A stretch of 64,000 nt of DNA, taken from assembly GCA_937921305.1 (NCBI GenBank), contig CAKZSU010000002.1:1711-65710 (forward strand), written 5' to 3'. The notes beneath the pieces are model-generated. The model was not told the origin of the DNA. It did no database searches and was given only the letters and a program-made list of their open reading frames with translations. Position 1 is the stretch's first letter, and every line of letters starts with the position of its first letter. Positions 1-9,800 of this stretch are shown piece by piece. Made by a program: the position numbers and the translations under genes. This stretch comes from an uncultured Patescibacteria group bacterium (GTDB lineage Bacteria; Patescibacteriota; Microgenomatia; UBA10105; UBA927).

Positions 1-854
1 GAACAAGCAAACAAAATGCAAAGACAACACCGGCAAGAAACAATACTCCTCTCCGTTTTTTTTCATTTCCGTGTTTTTCTTTCTTTTCCTCTTCCCATGC
101 CATACTCATCAGCAAAACACCAACTAACCCCAAAAATGTCGCCCATGTGTCCGGGCGAATTTCAATATATTTATCATATGGCAACGGCAAAAACGCGAGA
201 ATCACCGCCGGAAGCAACGCATATTGCGGAGTACGAAGACGCGCAAACAAGATAATAACGACCGCAAGTATGCCGATAAATCCGATTACATTGAAATATC
301 GCCCAGCGATAAAGATGAATGGCGATGAAGAAAACAATAGAAACAACGGCTGCAACATCCAGTGATAGCCGGGAGGGAAAAAGGTAAAAAAATCAATATA
401 CGGCTTCTCTCCCATGAATATCTGCCCCGCCCACCGCATGTGCGTAAATTCGTCCACATCAAAAAATCGCTGAGACGCCACTTGCAAACGGAAGAAGAGA
501 AGAATGTTTAGTCCACCGCCAAGAATAAATAGAATACTCTTCTCTACTCGCTCCTTATATCGCATATATGGATATTCTAGCACGATGCGACAAACAACTA
601 TCTCAAAAATACTATCTAAAAAGATCCATCATATTACTCTTGAAAGGTCGTCTGGCTCGAAGTCACAATATAGGAATAAATCTCAGGATCTTCTCCACGC
701 AATATACGATAGACGTTATGATGAGGATTAATCATCGCGGACGCTGGAATTATCTCTTTTTCTCTCTCCTCTCCCTGAAAGAAATACCGCTGCATCGTGA
801 TCGGTTGACGCATATCAATAAGCGACACAAGTCCGTCTAATAAATCGCACTGTT

Positions 855-1157
855 CTATAGCTTTTGGACGGTCAACGCGTCCTGCTCTATCCCGACAGTT
901 TTTAACTCTCCGTGTTGTTTTTCATCGAGAATCGCGCCAACCGGGCACAAAGCGAGAAAGTATCCTCGATAATCACTGCTCCGCAATAGTTCTTGCGCAA
1001 TTCGCGCCTGAAACGATACCAACGCAAGCGGATAATTTTTCATCGTTTGATAGTTGGAAAAGACATCGCGAAGTGAATCACGGGCATCAAAGGGCGAATA
1101 TCGGACGAAACGATAGAGAGGAAAATTGATACTCTTGAAATGATTCTTTTTTTTCAT
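855..1157 (-). CDS. hypothetical protein (100 aa)
   Basis: ORF from the six-frame track. No recognisable motif. The upstream 850 bp lacks convincing ORFs. Confidence 0.25.
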   Translation of the reverse strand: MKKKNHFKSINFPLYRFVRYSPFDARDSLRDVFSNYQTMKNYPLALVSFQARIAQELLRSSDYRGYFLALCPVGAILDEKQHGELKTVGIEQDALTVQKL

Positions 1158-1219
1158 GGAACGAAAGTATTGTACTGCAAGACCTGTCCTTGCAAAATAA
1201 AATACGATAGAATACGCTC

Positions 1220-2041
1220 ATGGATACACGTCCATCACTCCTTATCATCGGCTACACAAATATCGACATCAATATCACCCCAACAAAAACCACAACGCTT
1301 CCCGGAGGCGCCGGATACTTCGCTGCGCTCGCGGCGTCGCTCATTACCCAACCGATTGGATTTGTAACCCGCATAGGAACCGACTTTGATCCGTCACTTC
1401 TCCTTTCTCGCATTCTGCCCGATGGTATTCACATCATCCCGGACAAACCGACCGCGCGATCCATACAACGATACCACTCTGACACTGATCTCACCCAACG
1501 AGACATATCTCTTGAATGGGGGGTCGCCCCAGATCTGTGTCCAGAAGACATTCCGCGTGAGTGGACAGATAGTATTCAATATATTCATATCGGAACCATG
1601 CATCCAGATCAACAAGCTCGTTTTCTTTCGTGGATTCGATCCCACATGCCAAAAACAACAATAAGCATAGACACAGATCACTATTTATTCTCATTTCCCG
1701 GTTATCTTGAAAAGATACAAGAAAACTTTCGCTCCGCCGACATTATCTTCCTCAATCGTAATGAATACGCCGAACTTCGAAATATCACAGATACTCATCC
1801 GTTCTCAATTGTAAAGCAAGATAAAGACGGAGCAAACATTCTTCATTATGGGAAAGAAACCTATCGCGTCCAGGCGGAGACCGTCGAACCCGTCGATGTC
1901 ACCGGAGCGGGAGATGTTCTCGCTGGCGTCTTCCTCGCTTCGCTCTCCAAAGGAATACCTGAAGCAGACGCATTGAAAATAGCAGTTTCTTTTGCAACCC
2001 AATCAATAACGCAAGAGGGAATTTTACACCTATTTATTTAA
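1220..2041 (+). CDS. PfkB-family carbohydrate/nucleoside kinase (ribokinase-like)
   Basis: N-terminal GG-containing sugar-binding segment (LPGGAGYFAALAASL). C-terminal DVTGAGD anion-hole motif typical of the ribokinase/PfkB superfamily. Confidence 0.65.
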   Translation: MDTRPSLLIIGYTNIDINITPTKTTTLPGGAGYFAALAASLITQPIGFVTRIGTDFDPSLLLSRILPDGIHIIPDKPTARSIQRYHSDTDLTQRDISLEWGVAPDLCPEDIPREWTDSIQYIHIGTMHPDQQARFLSWIRSHMPKTTISIDTDHYLFSFPGYLEKIQENFRSADIIFLNRNEYAELRNITDTHPFSIVKQDKDGANILHYGKETYRVQAETVEPVDVTGAGDVLAGVFLASLSKGIPEADALKIAVSFATQSITQEGILHLFI

Positions 2042-2855
2042 CAGAAAAAATGCTCTCTCGAATCTTCACAGCCGCCTTTCTCGCTTCGCTGATATAATCA
2101 TTGTTGCCAAGTCCGGCAAAAATAATACCCCGAGAACTGTTCACAAGCAGTCGATTGCCATCGGTTCCAAAAAGCCCGCGAAGAGACGCAACGGTTCCTC
2201 CCTGCGGACCAATACCCGCGACAAGCATTGGCATTTCGTCGCCAACAATCTCGCGAATCCGGCGAAGTTGCTCTGGATAAGTCGCCCCGCCTTCCACCCA
2301 CACATTTCCATTACTATTCCATGCGTTCGCAACTCGTTCTGCGACAACTTCGTAAACTTTCCGTCCGTCGCGAAGTTCAAGATCTTGAAATTCTACCGCG
2401 GACGGATTGCTGTCATGAACATAGACGCACACGCCATGCCGAGGATCGTCAAGATAATCGCGCGCTGTATCAAACCCAAACCATGGCGTTACCATGACAC
2501 AATCAAACAATAACCAATCGAATAACTCTTGTTTGACCATGCGAACAGATTCGCCCATTTCTGATCGCTTACCATCGGCAAGAAGAGGAATATCTGGATA
2601 GTTTTCCTTGATATACGCGCTCGTTTTTCGCAACGCTTCCAATCCTTCTAGCCCAAATCCAGCATAAAACGAAAGATTCATCTTGTACGCCGCCGCAAGA
2701 TCGTGCGTCGCGTCAACAATCTGAGCATTAAACGAAAACACTGTATCAACAATCGACGACGACGCGTTTGGAATGCGATCATATCGACTATCCAACCCAA
2801 CACACAGATGTCCTTTTTGAACAATGGATAAAAGAAGGCGATCTCGAAATGTCAT
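2034..2855 (-). CDS. pyrF: orotidine-5'-phosphate decarboxylase, type 2
   Basis: Length 273 aa. LCVGLD..., IVDATHD and K-containing motifs resemble long-form OMP decarboxylases. Overlaps neighbouring genes by a few nt (operon-like). Confidence 0.6.
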   Translation of the reverse strand: MTFRDRLLLSIVQKGHLCVGLDSRYDRIPNASSSIVDTVFSFNAQIVDATHDLAAAYKMNLSFYAGFGLEGLEALRKTSAYIKENYPDIPLLADGKRSEMGESVRMVKQELFDWLLFDCVMVTPWFGFDTARDYLDDPRHGVCVYVHDSNPSAVEFQDLELRDGRKVYEVVAERVANAWNSNGNVWVEGGATYPEQLRRIREIVGDEMPMLVAGIGPQGGTVASLRGLFGTDGNRLLVNSSRGIIFAGLGNNDYISEARKAAVKIRESIFSVK

Positions 2856-4126
2856 GATTTCGGCGTAAAATCATCATATCGCCCAGACGCGATCTTCGCA
2901 AGAATGTCCGCGCGAGCTTGTTTCGCTAGCTTATCATAATCTGCTCGAAGATGCATCGATTCAACGACTTCAACACCAAATACTTCAAACGCTTGTTTTT
3001 TTCCTCTGTTATTCGATGCCAACGAAACACGATTTATTCGCAGATCTCGATGAAGCACATCAATTAATCCATACGTTCGCACATCGCTGGGCATATCAAG
3101 CAAATCGCGAGCTTTATAAATATCCCCCGATTCACTGATGGTAATATGCGTTTGCCAAAACTTATTCACCGCGCCAAGCCCCATACCTTCCTCGTCAGCG
3201 TAGATAAGAATGCCAGATCCATGTTCCCTGATCATCTGTAGTGTCTTCTCTCGCTGCAATCTGCAGTCACACGCGTTGCCGCCATGTTCTGCGGTTTTAC
3301 AACTGGAATGATAGCGAGCGATTGGCGGCTTGTTTGGATCATGAATATCTCCATAAATCAAGACATAATGTCGTTTGATTTTTTGTCCATAGGATCGACG
3401 TTCAGAGAGCGGTTGTTCTTCATACACAATCATTCGAGCAAAATCTCCATCGATAAACCGCACCGGCATATCGTGGGACTTCACAACTATTCGTCCATCC
3501 GGCGTGTAAAACACTTGATGAAGCGATCGCTCGGTTGTTAATCGACGCTGAAGATCGCATCCATATTCTGGATTTGTTTGAAGATATTGAACATCTCGAA
3601 TTCCCAAAGCCTCAAAGACACCTCGCGCCACAGGAAGACGATAAGGCGTTGTTGTTTCTGGATCGAACGAAAGCAACAACGAAGCGTCCGCGTCTTGATG
3701 AAAAACGGAAGACACAACATGATCCCTTCGTTGAGAACACCCACAATCTAAATTAAAATACATACCGGGACATTCTTGTATGGTCCCAATCAACATCTCT
3801 CGTTGTCGCTCTCGTTCTGATCCATACCAAAACGCATAGTGATGCAAATGATTATCTTTTCCTCTACTTGCGAACAGTGTCATTTTTTGTGGATGATCTT
3901 CGCCTTCGGTAGATTGAAGGCCAGTTGCCAAAATCTGCACGACGCCGAATTGTTCACCGATTCTCTCTATGCCCTGCTGATTCACTATTTCTCCGCTTCG
4001 TGGCAAGAATGCCATCCCGTCATCATCAACAGCGAAATCTACCGCAGATCGATACATGCCTGATTTTTCGTATGGATTCATTCGTTCTTTCATAAAAAAA
4101 CAGAGCCACTCATGGCTCTGCCTCAC
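2852..4126 (-). CDS. GTP cyclohydrolase II (RibA)-like protein with ~200 aa N-terminal extension
   Basis: C-terminal half aligns with RibA. Matching segments are YVLIYGDI, the ARYHSSC...CDCRLQ zinc-cysteine triad, EHGSGILIY and EEGMGLGAVNK. The N-terminal ~200 aa have no counterpart in canonical RibA. Confidence 0.6.
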   Translation of the reverse strand: MRQSHEWLCFFMKERMNPYEKSGMYRSAVDFAVDDDGMAFLPRSGEIVNQQGIERIGEQFGVVQILATGLQSTEGEDHPQKMTLFASRGKDNHLHHYAFWYGSERERQREMLIGTIQECPGMYFNLDCGCSQRRDHVVSSVFHQDADASLLLSFDPETTTPYRLPVARGVFEALGIRDVQYLQTNPEYGCDLQRRLTTERSLHQVFYTPDGRIVVKSHDMPVRFIDGDFARMIVYEEQPLSERRSYGQKIKRHYVLIYGDIHDPNKPPIARYHSSCKTAEHGGNACDCRLQREKTLQMIREHGSGILIYADEEGMGLGAVNKFWQTHITISESGDIYKARDLLDMPSDVRTYGLIDVLHRDLRINRVSLASNNRGKKQAFEVFGVEVVESMHLRADYDKLAKQARADILAKIASGRYDDFTPKS

Positions 4127-4204
4127 TGTATAGTACTTATTTTATAAGACTTCGGGACACACTGCGTTGTTTGCATCATCAAAATCATATACTATAGGAT
4201 AGTA

Positions 4205-4241
4205 TAGTGTACAAAAGCATCTTTTTCAATACCGTACACTA
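4205..4241. promoter_or_regulatory. perfect 8-bp inverted repeat TAGTGTAC-N21-GTACACTA in divergent intergenic region
   Basis: Seen directly in sequence between the minus-strand ribA-like gene (start 4126) and the plus-strand membrane protein gene (4320). A GC hairpin (ctgcaagg cttga ccttgcag) follows at ~4271-4291. Confidence 0.3.
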
Positions 4242-4319
4242 CTACAAAATAATAGTGAACCATAAGTCACTGCAAGGCTTGACCTTGCAGGATCAAGAAG
4301 GCACGATACAATACCAGCA

Positions 4320-5828
4320 ATGAAAAAAAATCCACTGCTTGAATGTATCATCATAATCATCGCTGGATTTCTCTATTTCTACCTTCTCCTCGTCTTTACG
4401 CAGGGAAAAACATTTCGTCTCGATAGTGACTATGACATGATTTATGCGATATATACCTATGCCGTGCAGCACGCACAAACCTATCATTCGCTCCCACGAA
4501 TACATCCATACGCAGGCATGGGCATGCCGCTTTCGGGAGACCCAAGCGTTTCTTATTATAATCCGCTTTTCCTTTTTCCCCTTGTTTTTTTTGGCATGAC
4601 ACACGGACTCTTTATCGTCATTCTTCTGATGATCATCCTTTCAGGCGCGAGCATGTGGTTGCTTCTTCGTTCGCTTGGTATGCCGTCGTGGATTCGCGTC
4701 GCTGGATCGATGCTTTTCATGGTGTCTGGCGCGTTCGCCGCGCGCGTGAGCGCAGGTCACATATTTATCCTTACCTATCCTGCCTGGCCAATTATTCTCT
4801 ATGCCTTGTTGAAAGAATTACCGATTCTTCTTGGTGTCACAACCGCGTACATGTTTCTCTCTGGCGATATCTACGGCGTGTGGTTTACCGTCATCTTTAC
4901 CGTTGTCACCTTCGGATATTACCTTATAACAAAACAACGCTCAGTATCAACAATTATTCAATACAGCATCCTTGCCACAAGGTCATTTCTTCTCCTTTCG
5001 TTGATAAAACTGTACTTTTTTCTTATCGATGTCCTTCCAGTCTTTGAACGAACGTATCAAGGACACCCTCACGAAGGATCAATTCATCTCTGGTGGACGC
5101 TTCTTCCCTTTATTATTCCGTTTAAAGTATTGTTTTATGATCGCCCATTTTTTCAACGCCATCTTGGATTCTTTTTTAATTGGTACGAATACTACGCGTT
5201 CCTTTCGCCGTTAACATTTCTTCTCCTTTGGCCAATCATAAAACACGGAAAAACAATCATCCACAACCATAAAATCACACTTCTTTTCTTGCTTATTCTT
5301 GTTGGTTTATTATACATATCTCTCGCCTATCCGTATTCTCCATTTTATTGGCTCTTTGCATGGATCACACCACTCCATATCTTTCGCGTCCCGCAACGAA
5401 TGTATCTTCCTATAACAGCAATACTAATCACGATCGTTTGCGTGGGAACGAATATGTGGAAACAAAAAAAAATTGCAATGGCAATGTTCCTCTGTAGTCT
5501 CATCGCGACAACACTTGCTTCGCTCCACGCAATGACCATGGGATTTGAATATCCACGCAATGAAGAGCGACATCTTGTTGAAATATTAAAATCTTATAAT
5601 AAAAACAAAGAGCATATATACACTACCCTTTGTTGTCTTCAGCGATTTCTTGTAGAACAACATATTCCAATTCTTAATTTTTATGCTGGTTGGAAAGCAA
5701 AAAATACTCCGTCTTTCCCCGATAAACACCTCCCTCGCTATATTCTTTCATCAAAAAATGAAGATTTTTCTTATGTATCCTATAAGAAAATTCACGAAAC
5801 GTCGGTAGGAATCATTTGGGAACGGTAA
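4320..5828 (+). CDS. polytopic integral membrane protein, GT-C-like putative glycosyltransferase
   Basis: About 12 predicted hydrophobic helices. An acidic motif (DSDYD) follows the first TM. Composition rich in F/L/Y/W. No soluble domain recognised. Confidence 0.45.
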   Translation: MKKNPLLECIIIIIAGFLYFYLLLVFTQGKTFRLDSDYDMIYAIYTYAVQHAQTYHSLPRIHPYAGMGMPLSGDPSVSYYNPLFLFPLVFFGMTHGLFIVILLMIILSGASMWLLLRSLGMPSWIRVAGSMLFMVSGAFAARVSAGHIFILTYPAWPIILYALLKELPILLGVTTAYMFLSGDIYGVWFTVIFTVVTFGYYLITKQRSVSTIIQYSILATRSFLLLSLIKLYFFLIDVLPVFERTYQGHPHEGSIHLWWTLLPFIIPFKVLFYDRPFFQRHLGFFFNWYEYYAFLSPLTFLLLWPIIKHGKTIIHNHKITLLFLLILVGLLYISLAYPYSPFYWLFAWITPLHIFRVPQRMYLPITAILITIVCVGTNMWKQKKIAMAMFLCSLIATTLASLHAMTMGFEYPRNEERHLVEILKSYNKNKEHIYTTLCCLQRFLVEQHIPILNFYAGWKAKNTPSFPDKHLPRYILSSKNEDFSYVSYKKIHETSVGIIWER

Positions 5829-6855
5829 ATGAAACAGACAAACCTATCTTTTTAACTCTTCCCCCATCATCTTGAACTCCACCACTGTCATTCTGACCCT
5901 CCCCATCATCCTGAGGTTGATTCAGGATTTGAAGATCTCAGAAGAATCAATACTATTTTCACACTCCTGCTAGATGCTGAAACGAGTTCAGTATGACACG
6001 AGCGTATCATCCTGAATGTATTTTAACAATCGCGAAATACTACTTTTGCATGAAATATGCTAATATTAATTTAATATACAATTAATCAGAAACAAACCAA
6101 TAAAGTCATCCATCATCATATGACCGACACAGCAACAGAGACATCACGACACTTTCTTCCATTCCTAAAACAAGAAAAACCGGCAAACGATTCTTGCCAA
6201 GCTCATTAAATAGGGATGAGTCTTCATCGTTTTGGCAATCGCTAACAGGACATCCACACGTTTTCTCAGATATTGCCCAATTCTTTGACAAAAAAACAAT
6301 TTTATCCTCCCTCAAAGCGAATCTCATTGGAGAATCCAAGGGCCTACTCTCGGACAAAAACCAGAGGATCTTCTCCACCCTTCATGGCTTGGCGTTCACG
6401 ATGATCTGAGAATATATGTCTTGACCCCTGATGCAATGAAAGCAATGAAAGAGAGATTAAAAATTCTGATATTCACGTTTCGCCACTGGCATCAAACCTC
6501 GGCTTTGCCTTAGAACGAACAATTCCACGGTGGAAGGAACATCCAAGGACGTTCTTAGAACGATTGTTAAGGAGAGACAAATACATAAAAAATGAAAAAG
6601 ATTATGCCAAAAAAAACTCAACGCATTTTCTTTGTCTCGAGTGATCAATTGCAAAATCCACTTGACGCGCTCATCCTTTCCGATGAAATACGAAAACTCC
6701 ACCCAGATACCGCGAACAATTAACTCTTGACCTCCTCCTAAAACTCAAAGCGGCGCAAAAAAAACGGGGAAACATGGCAACGCGTCCTCCAATCATATCC
6801 AGAAAACTCTATCCCAGACTACCTTCGCCAAATATTTACTGATACAAAAACGCAT

Positions 6856-7170
6856 GTGGATCGTCTAAAAACAGATCTTGATCAGTGGATCCTAGCGGCT
6901 CAGCAAAGACTTGGTAAGAATATTTCAGATCTCCCAGAACGAATGCAACAAGATCTTCAACACAAAACATTTTTCTTTCGATCACAATCAGATGAAGCAA
7001 TACAAGAGACCATAAACCGCATCATCAAACGATATGAAAATCTGCCTCAACAAGAACAACAAGAACGAACAAAAACACTTGTTGCATATCTTTTAAGAAA
7101 AAGCCTTCAAGAAACCACCCGCGTCGCGCTTCAAGCAACAGAGACCCTTAATCGAGATCCTAAAGAATGA
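6856..7170 (+). CDS. hypothetical Q/E-rich coiled-coil protein (GTG start)
   Basis: ORF track. Same reading frame as 7237..7851, separated by a single TGA at 7168-7170. Confidence 0.3.
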   Translation: MDRLKTDLDQWILAAQQRLGKNISDLPERMQQDLQHKTFFFRSQSDEAIQETINRIIKRYENLPQQEQQERTKTLVAYLLRKSLQETTRVALQATETLNRDPKE

Positions 7171-7236
7171 CTCTGGGAGGAAGTTGTAATCAGAGGAAGA
7201 GAACAGCTCCTCGACACGCTCTACCCAAGTCAAGGC

Positions 7237-7851
7237 ATGAGAGAGTATGCCCAACACCATGGCATACCTTTAGAGCAGATTCGAAGCGTCCGCGAATGGA
7301 TTCGTGCGTGCAAATTCCAAGAACAGCTTGGCTCTCTCTGGAAAAAACCTGCGGAAGCCCAACAAATCCACCTCTCCACTGAACAACAACAAGAGTATCA
7401 ACGCATAGAACAAAACATTCAACAAAAAATTCAAGAAATCCAAGGAAGACATCGCAATGCAACAAAGCATCCAATTCTTGAAAATTTCTCTGAAATTCAA
7501 GAAATAATTGCTGACGTAGAGGATGAAGAGGTAAAAAAGAAACTCCATGCCGTCTGGGAAGCAAGAAAAGATCTTGCAACATATCAAATGGATATCACCA
7601 ATCTATTCCTTCACGTTACAGCAAAAGACATCGTCCCCGGCAAAGGCTATAAAGGATGGAATCCAGCAAAGGGAAGATTCAAAATTCTTCTTGAAACTGC
7701 TCCATCGTTTATTGCTGAGACAGGAGAACTCAACTGCGCAGGCAGAGTCATACTTATATCGTCCATGCTCCTTGAAGCTAATGTATTTTTGGAAAAAAAT
7801 ATCGTAGTAATGAACACATACAACCACACATTTCTTGGCGGATTTGACTAG
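7237..7851 (+). CDS. hypothetical Q-rich protein (204 aa)
   Basis: ORF track. Q/E-rich N-terminus. In frame with the upstream ORF. Confidence 0.35.
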   Translation: MREYAQHHGIPLEQIRSVREWIRACKFQEQLGSLWKKPAEAQQIHLSTEQQQEYQRIEQNIQQKIQEIQGRHRNATKHPILENFSEIQEIIADVEDEEVKKKLHAVWEARKDLATYQMDITNLFLHVTAKDIVPGKGYKGWNPAKGRFKILLETAPSFIAETGELNCAGRVILISSMLLEANVFLEKNIVVMNTYNHTFLGGFD

Positions 7852-7941
7852 CTGAAAACAGGTCGCATAATTGAACCATCAGGATATTCATTAGAATATT
7901 CATATTTTGGAATACCACGAAAACCGATATTTGAACAAACT

Positions 7942-8400
7942 GTGTTTGATGAACCAGAAATTATAACGCAATATCCATTAAATATTGGATTACTCATAGT
8001 AGCTGGAGGAAATTATGAACAATACCTTCACGATAAAAAAATAAGAAGAGCGTTACTCCCATGGCTCTTGGAACAAAGCAAGTATCAAGAGAGCACGTCA
8101 TGGAATGACTTATCAAAATTGCTTAAAGAGCAATTGCCAAATCATTTTACGATGGCAATAATAAGGGCTGGGATGCTAAACTATTATTTTCCTGAACCAT
8201 TTCATGATGTACTCTTTAACTCTTTTCAGGATGTAAAACGCGTTCTTTCTTCATTGATCAATGATAATATTGTAGAATCCGCTCCCCTCCTTCCATATCT
8301 CAAGCTCTCTCTCCTTGCCATGAAACGAACACTGGACGATGAACAAAAAAGAACAATCCTAAAAAAAGAATTCAGAAAGCATTTAAGATTAAAGATCTAA
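7942..8400 (+). CDS. hypothetical protein (152 aa)
   Basis: ORF track. Tandem with the following small ORF. Confidence 0.35.
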   Translation: MFDEPEIITQYPLNIGLLIVAGGNYEQYLHDKKIRRALLPWLLEQSKYQESTSWNDLSKLLKEQLPNHFTMAIIRAGMLNYYFPEPFHDVLFNSFQDVKRVLSSLINDNIVESAPLLPYLKLSLLAMKRTLDDEQKRTILKKEFRKHLRLKI

Positions 8401-8402
8401 AT

Positions 8403-8669
8403 ATGAATCTTATGAGAAAAAATCTTGATAAACTTCTTTCGATCTTCTCAGACACTCCGCTTCCATTTTCTCTCCCAGACAATCCCCAAGAATGGGCAAA
8501 CCATATCAGAGCGAATCCAGAACAATTCGGCATAACAAAAGAAACTGCAGATAGCATGTCCGACGAAAAGCTCATTCAAGAATTTTTATGGAATCCTAAT
8601 CTTTTTCCAAAACCAAAAGCTATCACAGAAAATGGATCAGTGGAATGGGAAATGCCTCAGCAATCATAA
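8403..8669 (+). CDS. hypothetical protein (88 aa)
   Basis: ORF track. Starts 3 nt after the previous stop. Confidence 0.3.
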   Translation: MNLMRKNLDKLLSIFSDTPLPFSLPDNPQEWANHIRANPEQFGITKETADSMSDEKLIQEFLWNPNLFPKPKAITENGSVEWEMPQQS

Positions 8670-8819
8670 AAATCGTCTCGCTCCCATACGAAAGATATGC
8701 TGAATTTGTTCATAAACAACGGTCTTCCTTTTATTGTTCATAAGAAAGAATAGGAAAATAGTCTTCCTTCTCATCGATTAGAAATCCTGAGCCACATACC
8801 GCATGACAGTGTTTTGCCA

Positions 8820-9791
8820 TTATGAATGTATTGAGATTTTTTTCTCTTTCTCCTGTCGAATATTCATCGTCTCTTTCACAATATACCGAGGACGGCGTTT
8901 AACTTCCAAAAAAATTTTCGCGATATATTCTGCAATCACCGAGAGAGATAATAACTGTACACCACCTAAAAATAACACAAGCACAATAACGGTCGTAATC
9001 CCTGGCGCGGCTTTCCGATACCACACGCCCCACACAAGATTGATCATCAAAAATATGACAGAGAACAGTGTTACGATTCCTCCAAGATAAGAAATGAGTT
9101 GCAATGGTTTGAAAGAAAAATTCAGAATAATCGTTTTCGCCCAATACAATCCGCTTATAAAACTCTCGGTTGTCCTCCCATACGTTCTCGCCGCGCGAAC
9201 ATACGGAATGCCGATTTGTCGAAACCCAACAAACGCTCGCAAACACCGAAGATAATAATCATATTCTGGAATCGCGAGAAGTTCCTCTGCCACCCGTCTG
9301 CTTATCAGCGAAAACTCTCCCGCGTCCAACGGAATCTGAATATACGCAAGGTTTTTTAAGAGATAATAAAATGCGTGATAGTAAAAATTCCATAATCGAC
9401 CATATCCCTCTCGTCGTTCTCGAACCCCATAGACAACATCATATCCCTGCTCGTAATACGCAAGCATCTTTGGCAACAGTTCCGGCGGATCCTGAATATC
9501 GCCATGAAGAAGAAGGATTGCGTCGCCTGTCGCGTACTCGATACCAGCGAGGAAACTCGGCTGTGGAGACCCAAAGTTCCTGCTCATGAGAATCACTTTG
9601 ACTTGTTGATCGCGCTTCACAAGCTCTTTGTACACGCGAAGAGATCCGTCGGTGGACGCGTTGTCAACATAGAGTATCTCATACGTATACGATCGAAGAG
9701 TGAAAAAAACCCGACGAATACGATCGTACATTTCTTTGATATTCTCTTCTTCGTTGTAGCAGGTAACAACGACGGAAATTCGCTTTTTCAT
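8820..9791 (-). CDS. GT2 polyprenyl-phosphate sugar transferase (GtrB/CsbB/ArnC/DPM1-like) with C-terminal TM helices
   Basis: N-terminus ISVVVTCYNEEENI...YEILYVDNASTDGS carries the GT-A DXD signature. The C-terminal ~90 aa contain two hydrophobic helices, as in bactoprenol-phosphate glycosyltransferases. Confidence 0.8.
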   Translation of the reverse strand: MKKRISVVVTCYNEEENIKEMYDRIRRVFFTLRSYTYEILYVDNASTDGSLRVYKELVKRDQQVKVILMSRNFGSPQPSFLAGIEYATGDAILLLHGDIQDPPELLPKMLAYYEQGYDVVYGVRERREGYGRLWNFYYHAFYYLLKNLAYIQIPLDAGEFSLISRRVAEELLAIPEYDYYLRCLRAFVGFRQIGIPYVRAARTYGRTTESFISGLYWAKTIILNFSFKPLQLISYLGGIVTLFSVIFLMINLVWGVWYRKAAPGITTVIVLVLFLGGVQLLSLSVIAEYIAKIFLEVKRRPRYIVKETMNIRQEKEKKISIHS

Positions 9792-9800
9792 AATGTCTTT

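Noticed and set aside
16-850. Small ORFs (16..255, 147..365, 504..731, 568..840, 634..828) at the left edge
   Set aside because: No motifs, mutually overlapping, poor start contexts. A ~60-codon hydrophobic open frame on the minus strand lacks a start codon. The region is treated as non-coding or uncertain.
3284-3756. Antisense or shadow ORFs inside larger genes (for example 3284..3541, 3535..3756, 15643..16053, 62449..62823)
   Set aside because: They are fully contained in well-supported genes on the opposite strand or in an alternate frame. Their composition reflects the complement of real codons.
5830-6100. Short direct repeats of CATCATCcTGA-like units downstream of the 502-aa membrane protein gene
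   Set aside because: Only three imperfect copies with irregular spacing. Most likely chance in an AT-rich intergenic region.
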